DNA of 64,000 bases from Felis catus (taxonomy: Eukaryota). The DNA lies in NCBI RefSeq assembly GCF_018350175.1, contig NC_058368.1:35776001-35840000 (forward strand), given 5' to 3'. Below the pieces are notes generated by a model. That model was not told where the DNA came from and ran no database searches. It was given only the letters and a program-made list of their open reading frames with translations. Made by a program: the position numbers and the translations under genes. Of the stretch, positions 40,380 through 51,947 are shown piece after piece (position 1 is the stretch's first letter; every line of letters begins with the position of its first letter).

Positions 40380-40645
40380 AAAAAGATGTTTACTTATTCA
40401 TTTTTTTAATTTTATTTTTTTTAATGTTTATTTATTTTTGAGAGAGAGAGAGAGAGAGAGACAGAACATGAGTGGGGAAGGAGCAGAGAGAGAGGGAGAC
40501 ACAGAATCCAAAGCAGGCTCCAGGCTCTGAGCTGTCAGCACAGAACCTGATGTGGGACCCAAACCCATGAACCGTGAGATCATGACCTGAGCCAAAGTCG
40601 GACACTTAACCGACTTAGCCACCCAGGCGCCACTATTTATTCATT

Positions 40646-40677
<32 letters not shown>

Positions 40678-40838
40678 CAAGAGCGTGTGAGCACAAGTGC
40701 AAGCAGGGGAGGGGCAGACAGAGAGGGAGACAGAAAATCTGAAGCCCTCCTGATGTAGGGCTTGAACCCATGAACTGTGAGATCATTACCTGAGCTGGAG
40801 TTGGACACTTTTAACAGACTGAGCCACTCAGGTGCCCC
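40380..40838 (-). mobile_element. Older carnivore SINE interrupted in its tail by a second SINE
   Basis: Outer TSD tagaat(a/g)ttcttt at 40366 and 40839. Confidence 0.85.
40406..40631 (-). mobile_element. Nested SINEC_Fc-like SINE
   Basis: Inner TSD ta(c/t)ttattcattttt on both sides. Confidence 0.92.
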
Positions 40839-41559
40839 TAGAATGTTCTTTAGAGTGAGGCAAAATCTGTTTCCCAGTTAACAAAGGAGAGGAAATTCCC
40901 AGTTTGTACCAATTATAGTACTTTCAGAAAGTAGTGGCAGTTTAATGAAATTAATAGTGACCTGGTGACACAAGACCAGGTGGAACTTTGAACAAGTCCT
41001 ATAAGCTAAGACTCAGATTCTCTTTCTCGAAGATGACAATGATAATTTTCACCTGCTGCACTGATCATGAGAAGTAAATAAGTAGAAGTACACGGAATGT
41101 GCTCGCACATAAACATACATATTTCCAGGTGTGCAAAAATATAATGCTATCACTGAGCACTTCTAAAGACTACTCTTTGCAAAAGGATAAAAGGATAAAG
41201 ACTACTCTTTGCAAAAAGGACCTTTGCGAAAGGTCCATTTTAAAGTGGACCAGCCATATGAGTGCCAATTAGAATTAAAATCTAAATGCACAAATATGTC
41301 ATTTAACGAATATCCCCGGTTATATATTACAAGAAGTTGGTTGTGGACATATTAATCTTTTGATGAAAATTTTTATAATAAAATGCATACATATTCATGA
41401 TTCCATCTTTTTTATATTCAGAGGAATAATGCTGGGCCTGGACATACAAGAAATGTTAATTCAGAAGAAATGATAATGAAGATGATGTCGAGAACAAAAA
41501 TACAGGTGCCTCTCCTGGGGATGCGCCTGGTGCCTGGCGACATCCTAAACCCTTCACAT

Positions 41560-41720
41560 CTGAATAGCTTCGAGTGCTCAGAAAAGCTGTTTGAAGTAGA
41601 TATTATAGTTATTATCTCCATTTTACAAATATGAAACTGAACTTAAGCTAGCTTAAATAACTCAGAAAAGGTCACACTATAAGTGACTGGGGCTGGATTT
41701 GAAACCTGCTCTTTGATTTT
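41560..41720 (-). mobile_element. MIR SINE
   Basis: ttattatctccattttacaaatatgaaactga...aaggtcacac...gctggatttgaa. Confidence 0.7.
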
Positions 41721-42098
41721 ATACTCCCGCTATTAGGTTCCTTTACACATAGAATGAGTGAGTCTGACAAAGTTATTATAAAATATATTCACCCCATGAA
41801 TTCTCCTTTAAATGAGATTAACTATCCACCAACAGGAGAATGCTGGACTATTTTGCAATGCACGTTATTGTGTCAGCATTCCTTCGTGACTACAGCGACA
41901 GGTGAGCCTACTAAAAAATAAAAGGTAATAATAACAAAAAACATTGTCATTTAACGTTTATCTTTAAATTTTTGTACACTATGGTAACAATCACAAGGTG
42001 CAACAGAAACACAGAACAGTGTGTATCAAGCCTGTACATACACTATCTTTAAAACACTGACAAAATATATCAAAAGATCTGTAATGGAACAGTCCAGG

Positions 42099-42318
42099 AT
42101 TATTTATTTATTTAGTTATTTGATTTAATTTAATTTTAACTAAACAGCATGTAAGCTGGGGAGAGGGAGAAGGACAGGGAGAGAGAGAGAGAAAATCTTA
42201 AGCAGGCTCCATGCTCAGTACAGAGCCTGAGGTGGGCCTCGATCCCATGACCTGGGAACATTACCTGAGCTGAAAGCAAGGGTGGGATGCTTAACTGACT
42301 GAATCACAGAGGCACCCC
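42099..42318 (-). mobile_element. Carnivore SINE (older subfamily)
   Basis: aatcttaagcaggctccatgctcag...cttaactgactgaatcacagaggcacccc. Confidence 0.9.
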
Positions 42319-42724
42319 AGGAGAGTTGATATTTTAAATAGGAATTGAAATACAGGACTGATGAGGACTAGTATAATGTTAGGAAAAAAATAAAATAAAA
42401 CCCAGTAAGTTTACAATGATCTTAAATCTGCTCTGGGTTTATGAAAAAGGTAAAAAAATCTTATCTCTAAAATGTTAAGAATTTATAATATATGGGTACA
42501 ACGTTTAAATTAAAAAAAATTTAATCTATATGCATTGATTTAAGCTGTAAATACTTTAGGTATTTTGAAGTACTTTATCAGGGGCCTACTTAACAATCTG
42601 CATAGAGGAGAGACATCTGTCAGCCAGTCACCTTCAATGTCATCTAGGGATCCATGGTGGCAGGAATCTGTGGTCTCTACTGCATTGTCTAGTTCCAAGT
42701 CCTGCATTAATATGTCACCCAACA

Positions 42725-42935
42725 GGGGCGCCTGGGTGGCTCAGTCGGTTGAGCGTCCGACTTCGGCTCAGGTCATGATCTTGTAGCTCGTGGGTTCGAG
42801 CCCCGCGTTGGGCTCTGTGCTGACAGCTCAGAGCCTGGAGCCTTCTTCGGATTATGTGTCTCCCTCTCTCTCTGCACCTCACCCACTTGCATTCTGTCTC
42901 TCTCTCAAAAATAAATAAACATTTAAAAAAATTAC
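42725..42935 (+). mobile_element. Carnivore SINE (SINEC_Fc-like)
   Basis: Full SINE; perfect 15-bp TSD atatgtcacccaaca. Confidence 0.97.
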
Positions 42936-43736
42936 ATATGTCACCCAACAGCCCACTCGTCTTGGTCTAACCAAGGCCAAGTGTCTATACTCTAACTAGT
43001 TACTCAGACTCTTTGAAAGAAATCTTACTTTCTAGCCATGTGCTTATTATTAGGTTACAAATGAGTATTATATAATAAAAATATATTTACAGGACTAAAA
43101 AAACGCATAATTATTATGTTTTCTGCTCTCTATGCAAGAAAACATTGGTGACTTCCCCACATAACCACCAGCCTACCTCAACATTGCCACCAATGACATG
43201 GTAGCAACCAAGAGAGTTACAGGTATGGGAGGATAAATCTTCTAAAATGCTGCCTTTGAAGTTCCAAATTAAAAAAAAAAAAGACAGTTATTAAAATGGA
43301 CAATCTTCTATGTCACTGTTGAACTTTTTCTCTCTAATCGTCTCTACAGAGATCACTAAACACACAACATGAAATTTTAACAACAGAAAGAAAGAGAAAT
43401 CAATAGTTACTGAACTGCTGTATGCCACACCTTAGCCAGGTCCTTTTGTATGTCGATTCATTTTCAAACTCCCAACAACCATTCATGCTTGGAACTGTCA
43501 TTACAATTTTACAGTGAGGAAACAGGCTTAAAGGCCAAGGTCATGCTCTTGGCCACCTTCCTGATACCATGCTGTGTATGGTAGGGGGAAAAAAATCCAC
43601 CTAACTTGCCTCCATTTAAAAAGAGTATCACAGAACATAAACAATCCTAATAAGGCCCTAAACCTTTAGAGAAGGTATTAAGGGATGTCCTTGTAATTGC
43701 AAAGCTATTTCCTTTTGTTCTGAAATCTATCTGTAT

Positions 43737-43739
<3 letters not shown>

Positions 43740-43795
<56 letters not shown>
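43740..43795. repeat. Pure (A)56 homopolymer
   Basis: Direct count. Confidence 0.95.
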
Positions 43796-43797
<2 letters not shown>

Positions 43798-44081
43798 GAA
43801 ATCTGTTCAGCACTTGACGAAGTGCTATTCAAACTTTCAGAAATAGTGAAAGTGTTTAATTCAAGGAAAAAGCACTATAAATTATAAACACCAAAGTGAC
43901 CCAAATAAAACAGACTACTTAATTCTATTTGTAGCTACTCAATGTTAAGTGCTTAATAAATTAGCTTAATGTGATGTACCTGTTAAGATGATACTAGGCA
44001 GAAAGGAGACTACCATAAGCAAGTTTCCAAAGTCAAACAGTAATGTCTTCCAATAATATCTCTTAAAAATAAACACACATT

Positions 44082-44300
44082 GGAGTACCTGGGTGACTCA
44101 ACTGGTTGAGCGTCCAACTTCAGCGCAGGTCATGATCTCATAGCTTGTGGGTTCCAGCCCTGCATTGGGCTTTGTGTGAACAGTTCAGAGCCTGGAGCCT
44201 GCTTCAGATTCTGTGTCTCCCTCTCTCTCTCTCTGCCCCTCCCCCTCTTGCACTCTGCCTCTCTCTCTCAAAAATAAACATTAAAAAAAAATTAAAAAAA
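44082..44300 (+). mobile_element. Carnivore SINE
   Basis: Head, (CT)n, aataaacattaaaa tail. Confidence 0.92.
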
Positions 44301-44639
44301 ACACTTATTAATATCATATGTATATGTAATTGAGACATTTTTGATAGTGAGATGTTGAAAAAGGCAGTAAAAGGTATTTTTATAGTAATGTTATTTGTTA
44401 AATCCTTTTTGTAGGCTGCATTCCGGAAGAGTAACATCTTGAGCTGGTTTTCAATTATCAGGAAGATTAGAGAGGAAATGAAACCATTATCTTGAAAAGA
44501 TATCTGTACTCCCATGCTCATGGCAGCACCATTCACAACAGACAAGGAATGGAAAAAATGTAAGTGTCCATCAATGAATGAATGGATCAGTGTGATATAC
44601 ATATGTTATATATGAATAATAGTCCCTTGTACATGTGTG

Positions 44640-44683
<44 letters not shown>

Positions 44684-45019
44684 TGGGACTATTATTCAGC
44701 CTTAAAAAAATTAAGGAAATCCTGTCATTTGCAATATGGGTGAACTACCTGGAAGGCATTATGCTAAGAGAAATAAGTCAGATAGAAAAGATAAATACTG
44801 AATGATGTCACTTATATAGAAACAAAGAATAGAAAAGTGGTTTCCAGGAGCTGGAGGGTGTGGGAAATAGGGCATGGTTGGTAAAAGGATACAAACTTTC
44901 AATTTGAGAATGAATATGGTCTGAGAATCTAATGTATGACATGGTGACTAAAGTTGATAACACTATAGAACTGTAGAATTGAAATATGCTAACAGAGTAA
45001 ATCTTAAAAGTATTCACCA

Positions 45020-45117
45020 GGGGGCCTGGGTGGTTCAGTTGGTTAAGTGTCCTACTTCAGCTTAGGTCCCTGTGGCCACCCCCCTCTCTCTCTGTCAGAA
45101 ATAAAACATTAAAAAAA
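45020..45117 (+). mobile_element. Internally deleted carnivore SINE
   Basis: A-box head joined directly to (CT)n and tail; TSD aaagtattcacca. Confidence 0.85.
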
Positions 45118-45265
45118 AAAAGTATTCACCAAAAAAGGGGAGAAAAGAAGGTAAATATGTGAGGTGATGCATATTTCAATGAATTCAGTGGGGGGGGGGG
45201 GGAATTCTGTCCTAATGTATAGATATCAAATCATCACATTGTATACTTTAAAGGTCTTATCATTT

Positions 45266-45490
45266 GGGGTCCCTGGGTGGCTCAGTTGGTTAAGCATCGG
45301 ACTCTTGATTTTGGCTCAGGTCTTGATCTCAGGGTTCTTGAGTTTGAGTCCCACGTTGAGCTCTGTGCAGACAGCGTGGAGCCTGCTTGGGATTCTTTCT
45401 CTCCCCCCTCTCTCTCTCTGCCCCTCCGCTTCTCATTCAAGCATATACACTCTCTCAAAATAAATAAATAAACTTAAAAAAAAAAAAAAA
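45266..45490 (+). mobile_element. Carnivore SINE
   Basis: Head ggggtccctgggtggctcag, (CT)n, aataaataaataaac, poly(A). Confidence 0.95.
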
Positions 45491-45565
45491 GAAATGTGAA
45501 TTCTCAGGCCACACACCAGACCTATTGAATCAGAAACTCTGGGGGTGAGGCCTGGCAGGCCGTGT
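45491..45565 (+). mobile_element. Internal MER5A fragment (no TIRs) carried within the SINE insertion
   Basis: gaaatgtgaattctcaggccacacaccagacctattgaatcagaaactctgggggtgaggcc matches the recalled MER5A core. Confidence 0.8.
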
Positions 45566-46403
45566 AAAAGTCTTACAATTTTGTCAATTGTCCCTTAATA
45601 AAGCTGAAAAAAAAATTAGAGAAATTTTTCTGTATGTTTTATTATGGCTTCTGTGAGAAGTAACAGATACCTCACATTCATTCATTCATTTATTTTACTG
45701 AGATTGCCACCTCAAAAAAAGCTCTTTTCCTTCAACTCTACTTACAATTTATAAAAAAATATATTCAGAATCCAGCCCTGAAATAAGTGCACTGTAATGA
45801 CCACTGATAGTCCGTTTCTGTTCCTGAGGTTCAGCTCATGGAGCCTATGGAAAGAAATGCATGTCTCTAAAAAGCCCTCACAGTTTTTAGCACAAATCAA
45901 CAGCGGACTGCTCTTTTCTCTATGATGCCTCACAGTATTCCTTCTTTTTGGAATATTTTTTCCCCTTGAAATTAGCCATAAAATAAAATGTCTTGCTTGA
46001 AAAGGTGTATTAGGGAAGCAGGACACATGTACTTGTGTAATCCGAGCTGCAATGAAGCATATATAAAGAGCTACCTTTTAACTTAGGGAAGACACCTATC
46101 AAACATAGTGTTTGATATTAGTCCTATTTCATATTTTTAGGTAAAATTTTACTTAATAAGACACTATGATTTAATGAAGAATGGATTAACTTGCAAGCTC
46201 TGACACATGGAAGTTATGAAAAAAGTGGACCCTAGGTAAAATGGTTAACTTAGTGAAGCCTGTCTTTGGCTACTGCTGTCCCTGGTGACAGTCTGTCTGA
46301 CCCAGGTACGACTTCCTCTCAAGCTGCTCATGGCCCACCTGCTACAGGCAGTCCTGTCATATAGCATCCCCTGTGATCTGAACTTCTCTCTACATCCCCT
46401 CTT

Positions 46404-46615
46404 TTTTTTTTTTTTTTGATTTTAATATTTATTCATTTTGAACAGAGAGAGTGTGTGAGCAGGGGAGGGGCAGGGAGAGAGGGAGACGGAGGATCTGAAA
46501 CAGGCTCCAGGCTGTCAGCACAGAGCCCGATGCGGGGCTCAAACTCACAAATCGTGTGAGATCATGACCTGAGCCCAAGTCGGCCGTTCAACTGATTGAG
46601 GGGCCCAGGCGCCCC
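46404..46615 (-). mobile_element. Carnivore SINE
   Basis: Antisense SINE; degenerate TSD tacatcccctctt / tatatttcctctt. Confidence 0.92.
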
Positions 46616-46812
46616 TATATTTCCTCTTCTTGGTGTTCGAAAAAGCTCTTTATAGAGCCATGCCTGTTGGGTCTTGTTGACCACTTTCTCCTCCCTGGAA
46701 TATAGAAATGACAGACGGCATTCCAGTTGTCAAACCGCACCAAGAGGCAGCTTTGAGATTAGAGGCTGAAGAACAAAGATGAAGCATAAAGACAGAAAGG
46801 GGTAATCCCCCA

Positions 46813-47234
46813 TTTTCATCCTTTCTAACCTGGCCCTGACAGAATGGCCCCACAAAGAAGGATGGCGAGAGGTGTTGTGCCACCATCAGTGAGGTGGTGA
46901 CTGGAGATCATGTCATCGACATTCGCAAGCGTGCATCCTGGGCACTCAAACAGCTTGGAAACTGGCCGGGAAGGAGATGGTAACTCCAGACGTGCGCACT
47001 GACACCAGGCTCAACAAAGCTGTCTGGACCAAAGGAAGAGGAATGTCCTAACCTGGATCCATGTGTGATTTGTCCAGAAGAGGCAGTGAGGAGGAAGGTT
47101 CACCAAACAAGCTCTATATGTTGGCTAAGTAGTTTACTTGCCATCACCTTCAAAGATCTACAGTATGGATGAGAACCAACCACTGATTATCAAATAAAAT
47201 TTTATAACAAATTACAAACAAAAAAGAAAAAAAA
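46813..47234 (+). pseudogene. RPL31: Processed pseudogene of ribosomal protein L31 (decayed)
   Basis: Pyrimidine-rich 5'UTR then ATG at 46844; intronless blocks reading [35 protein letters not shown] that match RPL31; frameshifts and deletions; AATAAA at 47193 and A-rich tail. Confidence 0.92.
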
Positions 47235-49199
47235 TGCAAGTCCTGATGACATTGCAGAACTACCATGCAAGTATCAGAGTCACTTTGAATTTCTCTGTTT
47301 AAGTCAATGTCAGCCTTCTTTTATATGCAATTGAATGTAACCCTACCCAACATTCACTTTTGCTGGGGAGGGGAAACTGGCTGGTAGGAGGACAGAGGGA
47401 AAGAGAGAGGGATTTTCCATTAAGTTTTCTTTAAAAAGTCTCATTCTGAACCATGCTTGGTCAACATTAAATTAAATTATGCTTAATTAGAAAAAATTCT
47501 AAAAACTTAAGACAACTTTGAAATCTTAGAAATTATTTTGTTTAAAGAAAGCATTTAACTTTATTCTGTGAAAATAGTTCAAAAAAGTCTGGACATATTT
47601 ATTTTTAGTCAATGTGGGCAATGTGATACAAATCTCAAGAGATTCTTCTCAAAACTTTTAAGTATATTAAGACAGGAACTGTTCTGTTCACCCTTGCAAC
47701 AAGAGCAACCAGTTAGGGGTTCTACATGTGGCCGGTGTTCAAAAACTCTGGTTGAATGAATAAAATGCCAGAAAATACATTTAGCATTCCAAGTACTCTC
47801 CTCTATACAGACCTGACAGTTACCTATAAAACTGAATGTGCGAGGAAGACTTGAGGCAAACACAGAGAAAAAAGACTAGAACTTTTGAGTAGAAGCTTAG
47901 TAGAACAGTTGATGATAGTTATTTTAGTAAGCAAACATTATCAGCCAATTCATTTATCTGCTCCAATAACTCATTTTCCTCTGCACGTATTCATTGACTG
48001 ACTAGCATATGCAATGATCCTAAGTGAAAGTTTAAAAAATATTTACGTGGGGTGGGGCACAGAACTGCTATTAAAGAAGGAGAGTAGGAACTTAGCCCCA
48101 ATTCTGATGATTTTTATTTTTCTAATATTTTTATTCTATCACAATTAAAAAAAATACAACTTAACTAAATGTATACTTGGCAAAATTTTCAAACTGAAAA
48201 ATTCCATAAATAACTCTCTAAACATTACATAAATCAAGAATTTTGATTTACATTTACACTATAATACCTTTTTTGTTGTTCTAGATAGAAAACAACAACA
48301 AAAAAATCACCCATCTTCCCAAAAGGGACTGTTAACAATTATAACCAGCTTATATGAAAATTTGATTAGAATGGCTCAAATGGAATTTGCAAGTAAGGCC
48401 TTTTTATTGAGCAAATCCATGAAAATTTCAAAAAGATTGATAGGAATGTGTGACTTACTTTGTCAGTTTCATTTTTCATGTCTTGGTAATAAATGTTATT
48501 TGGATAAATAAAGATGATTTTTATTGCATTTATTGCACTGTGACTTTTATACAACAATGGTTCCTCACGTAATATAAAAGGAGGAACGGTGCTTCAGTAC
48601 TCAAGCTGTTAACCCATCTTTCTTTTAAAATTATTTGTGAACATCTCAACATCTGTGTAAAAACTAGGTAAACTGCTGATGTGGGTTTCTCTCTGCCCTA
48701 GCAAATGAATCCCAAGGGAAAAAGAAATAGGTGTAATAACCCTATAAAGAACTCTGGACTACCACTAATTCTACCTTGTCTCTTACCATTGTCTTAGGAA
48801 CCTTTGTACCCATCTGACAAAATAACAGTAATGACAGTGAGAAAGATGGCTGTACCATAAACAAAACCAAACAGGACGGATCTGAGTATGACTCACTTGG
48901 CATCAATCCAGCCATAAAACTAGGTGAAAAAGGGAAGGAAGTCCGGTCCCATCAGTTATTTGTGTCTGGAGGAGCCAAAGTAGAAACAATCAATGTAGAT
49001 TAATTCTGAAATCAGTTTCTGAGCCCCACTCAAAGTAATGGCCACAATGGCACTGCCTGCTTGTGTCCTCTCAGGAGTCAGGTTTCACTTGACAGCAAAA
49101 GCAAGGCAAAAGCTTCTGAATAAAGATAGAACCATATATAGAAGCTTTCAGATTGTATATAAAACTATTGGGAAACACTGTCGTTAAGACATCAAATTA

Positions 49200-50030
49200 T
49201 CTCTGTCAAAGGTTCTGCATTCAAAGTGCTTAGGAATTTACGGCCAGAAAAAAAAAGCTTGCTATCGTTCAAGAATTGGTATATGACCTCAGAGATGGAA
49301 ATTATAACAGTCTTATGGAAGGACCTCAGAAGTGTTTTCCCAAAGGCATCTGAGATCCTTATGACATGGTCTTTATTGATTTTTCCCTTCTGTAGGGTGA
49401 TGTGACTATTACTTATAAACAAGGTTCCATGTCCTGGTTATGGTGCACTGACATTCAACGTCCATTTTAACCAGTCACTGGAGTGCCTTGTACTGTATTG
49501 GCTGAAAAGCTAAAATCCACATTAAGGATCCTCTTGCAATTTGAATTTGATTTGCCTTGGCCAGTCTCCAGATTGCTCAAGGTTAGTAAGTTGGAAGTGA
49601 AGTAGAGGCCATGTTTTTGCTGGTTTTGCTTGCAAGTATGACTTTGGAAGCGTTTGGAGCTCTATTATAGCACCAGCAGAACTCCCAGTATCTTCTTATT
49701 AGCTTTGTGGGTGCTGAGAGGCAGGAAGATGGATATCTGTTATGCTGGTGTAGATAACATGCACGGCCCGGTTCTGTAGCTGACAGGAATGACGGTACCT
49801 TCCTGATCACCCACAGGGACTTCTTGTGAGGGAGCGGCAGTGAGGTTCGGGGGCCAGCAGCTGAAGAGGCAGCTTCCCCGTTCAGCAGGCAGTACTGCAT
49901 CAAAGAGGAGGCAGCTGTGGCCCTGGTGCTTGTGTTATGGCTTTGGATGTTACTTATCAAAGCTCAATTTAGATGGCTTCTTCGTTTAACCCAATGACAC
50001 TGTATTTCATTTACCATGCAGTTATAAAGA
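49200..50030 (-). mobile_element. Highly decayed CR1/L2-clade LINE ORF2 C-terminal region (tentative)
   Basis: Minus strand gives YCLLNGE, KANKKILG, KVIL and LVYK in the order expected for CR1-type ORF2. Confidence 0.3.
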
Positions 50031-50545
50031 CTTTTCTGCTTAAACTGGATTCTGGTCTTTGCAGCTGAACCCTGATCTCTACATATGCCAGAACATAACC
50101 GTTCCAAGACATGGATCTCCAGTTTTTAGTGGAGAGAAAGAACAATGCAAGGTTTAAAGGTCTATAGGGAATGGCGTTCTCCAAAATAATGTTCAGGGAC
50201 TAATGGGTGCTAACTCAAAATGAGGTGACACTGAGCTGTGCTCAAGGATTAGGGGAGGCCAGTGTTTAAAATATTCCCTTGACACACAGTGTCCAAGGTG
50301 TTAGTAGAAGTAATATCCAAGATTTAAAGCCCCAAGGATAAAAGAACACTAAGTACAGTAAGAACCAAGCTTCTCAGAGTCAGTGAGACCCTACTTTTCT
50401 CAGGCAGTGTTCTGGAAGCCACAGGCCTCCATTGGTTCCTAGAGGCAATGGGGTTCTGAGATATGCTGCATCCACTCTGACCATGCAGACAACTGACTTC
50501 CAGTATTATATCACTATCTTTATGGCTATTTCTGGAAACTGAATT

Positions 50546-50548
<3 letters not shown>

Positions 50549-50581
<33 letters not shown>
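50549..50581. repeat. (GT)n microsatellite
   Basis: Direct reading. Confidence 0.95.
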
Positions 50582-50582
<1 letters not shown>

Positions 50583-50885
50583 ACTTTCCCAACCAAACCA
50601 TAGCTCACTTGAAATATTCAAGTCCTTTGGTAAAAGTTTCTTTTTTGGTTTTATTATTATGCACTGTCTAAAGATTCTTTAAGTCTCTCTTTGCCAGAAA
50701 ATAATGACCTATCTATCCCTGTTAACCTTTTAACAAAAGTTAGAGAAGAGAAACAAAGAGAAGAGAAAAAGAAAAAAAAAAAAAAAAAACCACACGCCTA
50801 TGATTGACTGTCACTCTGGGTCCTCGGTTTTTGTGATAAAGGGGCAATCCCCTATAGTTTATAAGGTTTACCTGCAGGCTGTGGG

Positions 50886-51362
50886 TAAGGTTGCCAGATT
50901 TAGCAAAACAAAACAATGAAAACACTTAAATTTGAATTTCAGATTGAAAACTGTTTCAGAAAAACAGTGAGCAATTTTTTTTTTAATTTTTTTTTTCAAC
51001 GTTTATTTATTTTTGGGACAGAGAGAGACAGAGCATGAACGGGGGAGGGGCAGAGAGAGAGGGAGACACAGAATCGGAAACAAGCTCCAGGCTCTGAGCC
51101 ATCAGCCCAGAGCCTGACGCGGGGCTCGAACTCACGGACCGCGAGATCGTGACTTGGCTGCAGTCGGACGCTTAACCGACTGCGCCACCCAGGCGCCCCA
51201 GTGAGCAATTTTTTTTTTTTTAGTATCGGTATAATCTGTGTAATATTTGGGACAGTTATATTTAAAAAGTATTTAGGGGACCTACTGTGATTAAAAAAAA
51301 AGTATTCATTGTTAATTGAAATTCAAATTTAACTGACCACCTTGTGTTTAACTAACAAACTA
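50886..51362. mobile_element. MER53 palindromic hAT MITE split by a SINE
   Basis: aggttgccagatttagcaaa...ttaaatttgaatttcaga and inverse tgaaattcaaatttaa. Confidence 0.8.
50975..51199 (-). mobile_element. Young SINEC_Fc
   Basis: CpG-rich, near consensus; TSD agtgagcaattttt at 50966 and 51200. Confidence 0.97.
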
Positions 51363-51721
51363 AATTATGGAAAACCCGTGGCAAGCACTACCATGGCAGA
51401 GTGATCTTAGGTGTCTGAGAATATCTGAGGGATTTTAGGATACCCAACTTCAGACAGAAGCAAAGAGCTCAATGTGGGTAATATTTGGCACTTTATATAA
51501 TAGGAGATAAAGAATAAATGAAACTCTTAATTGGCCTCAGATTCTTGCTGTTTCCCGGGTTTTGTTTTCTTGACCTCAGATTCAAATATGCTCTTGCCCA
51601 GGGGATGCAAGCCCATGTTCTGGCATTCTATAAGCACCCTGCTTCCTTTTCTCTCCCTGGCTGTCTGGAAGCTCAAAAATAAATCACAGTGTTGACTTTC
51701 CAGTTTCTTCTCCATCCTTTA

Positions 51722-51947
51722 TTTATTTATTTAAATTTTTTTTTGACATTTATTTATTTTTGAGAGACAGAGGCAGAGCACAAGCAGGAGAGGGGCAGAG
51801 TGAGAGAGGGAGACAGAGAATCCGAAGCAGGCTCCAGGCTCTGAGCTGTCAGCCCAGAGCCCGACACGGGGCTCGAACTCAAAAACTGCGAGACCATGAC
51901 CTGAGCTGAAGTCTGACGCTTAACTGACTGAGCCACCCAGGCGCCCC
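51722..51947 (-). mobile_element. Carnivore SINE (SINEC_Fc-like)
   Basis: TSD ttctccatccttta. Confidence 0.95.

Larger units (their letters stand above)
44474..45614 (+). mobile_element. L1 3' end (L1MA9-like) containing (CA)n and two SINE insertions
   Basis: aagatatctgtactcccatg...taagtgtccatcaatgaatgaatggat...atcatcacattgtatac...aataaagctgaaaa; attagaga on both flanks. Confidence 0.85.
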
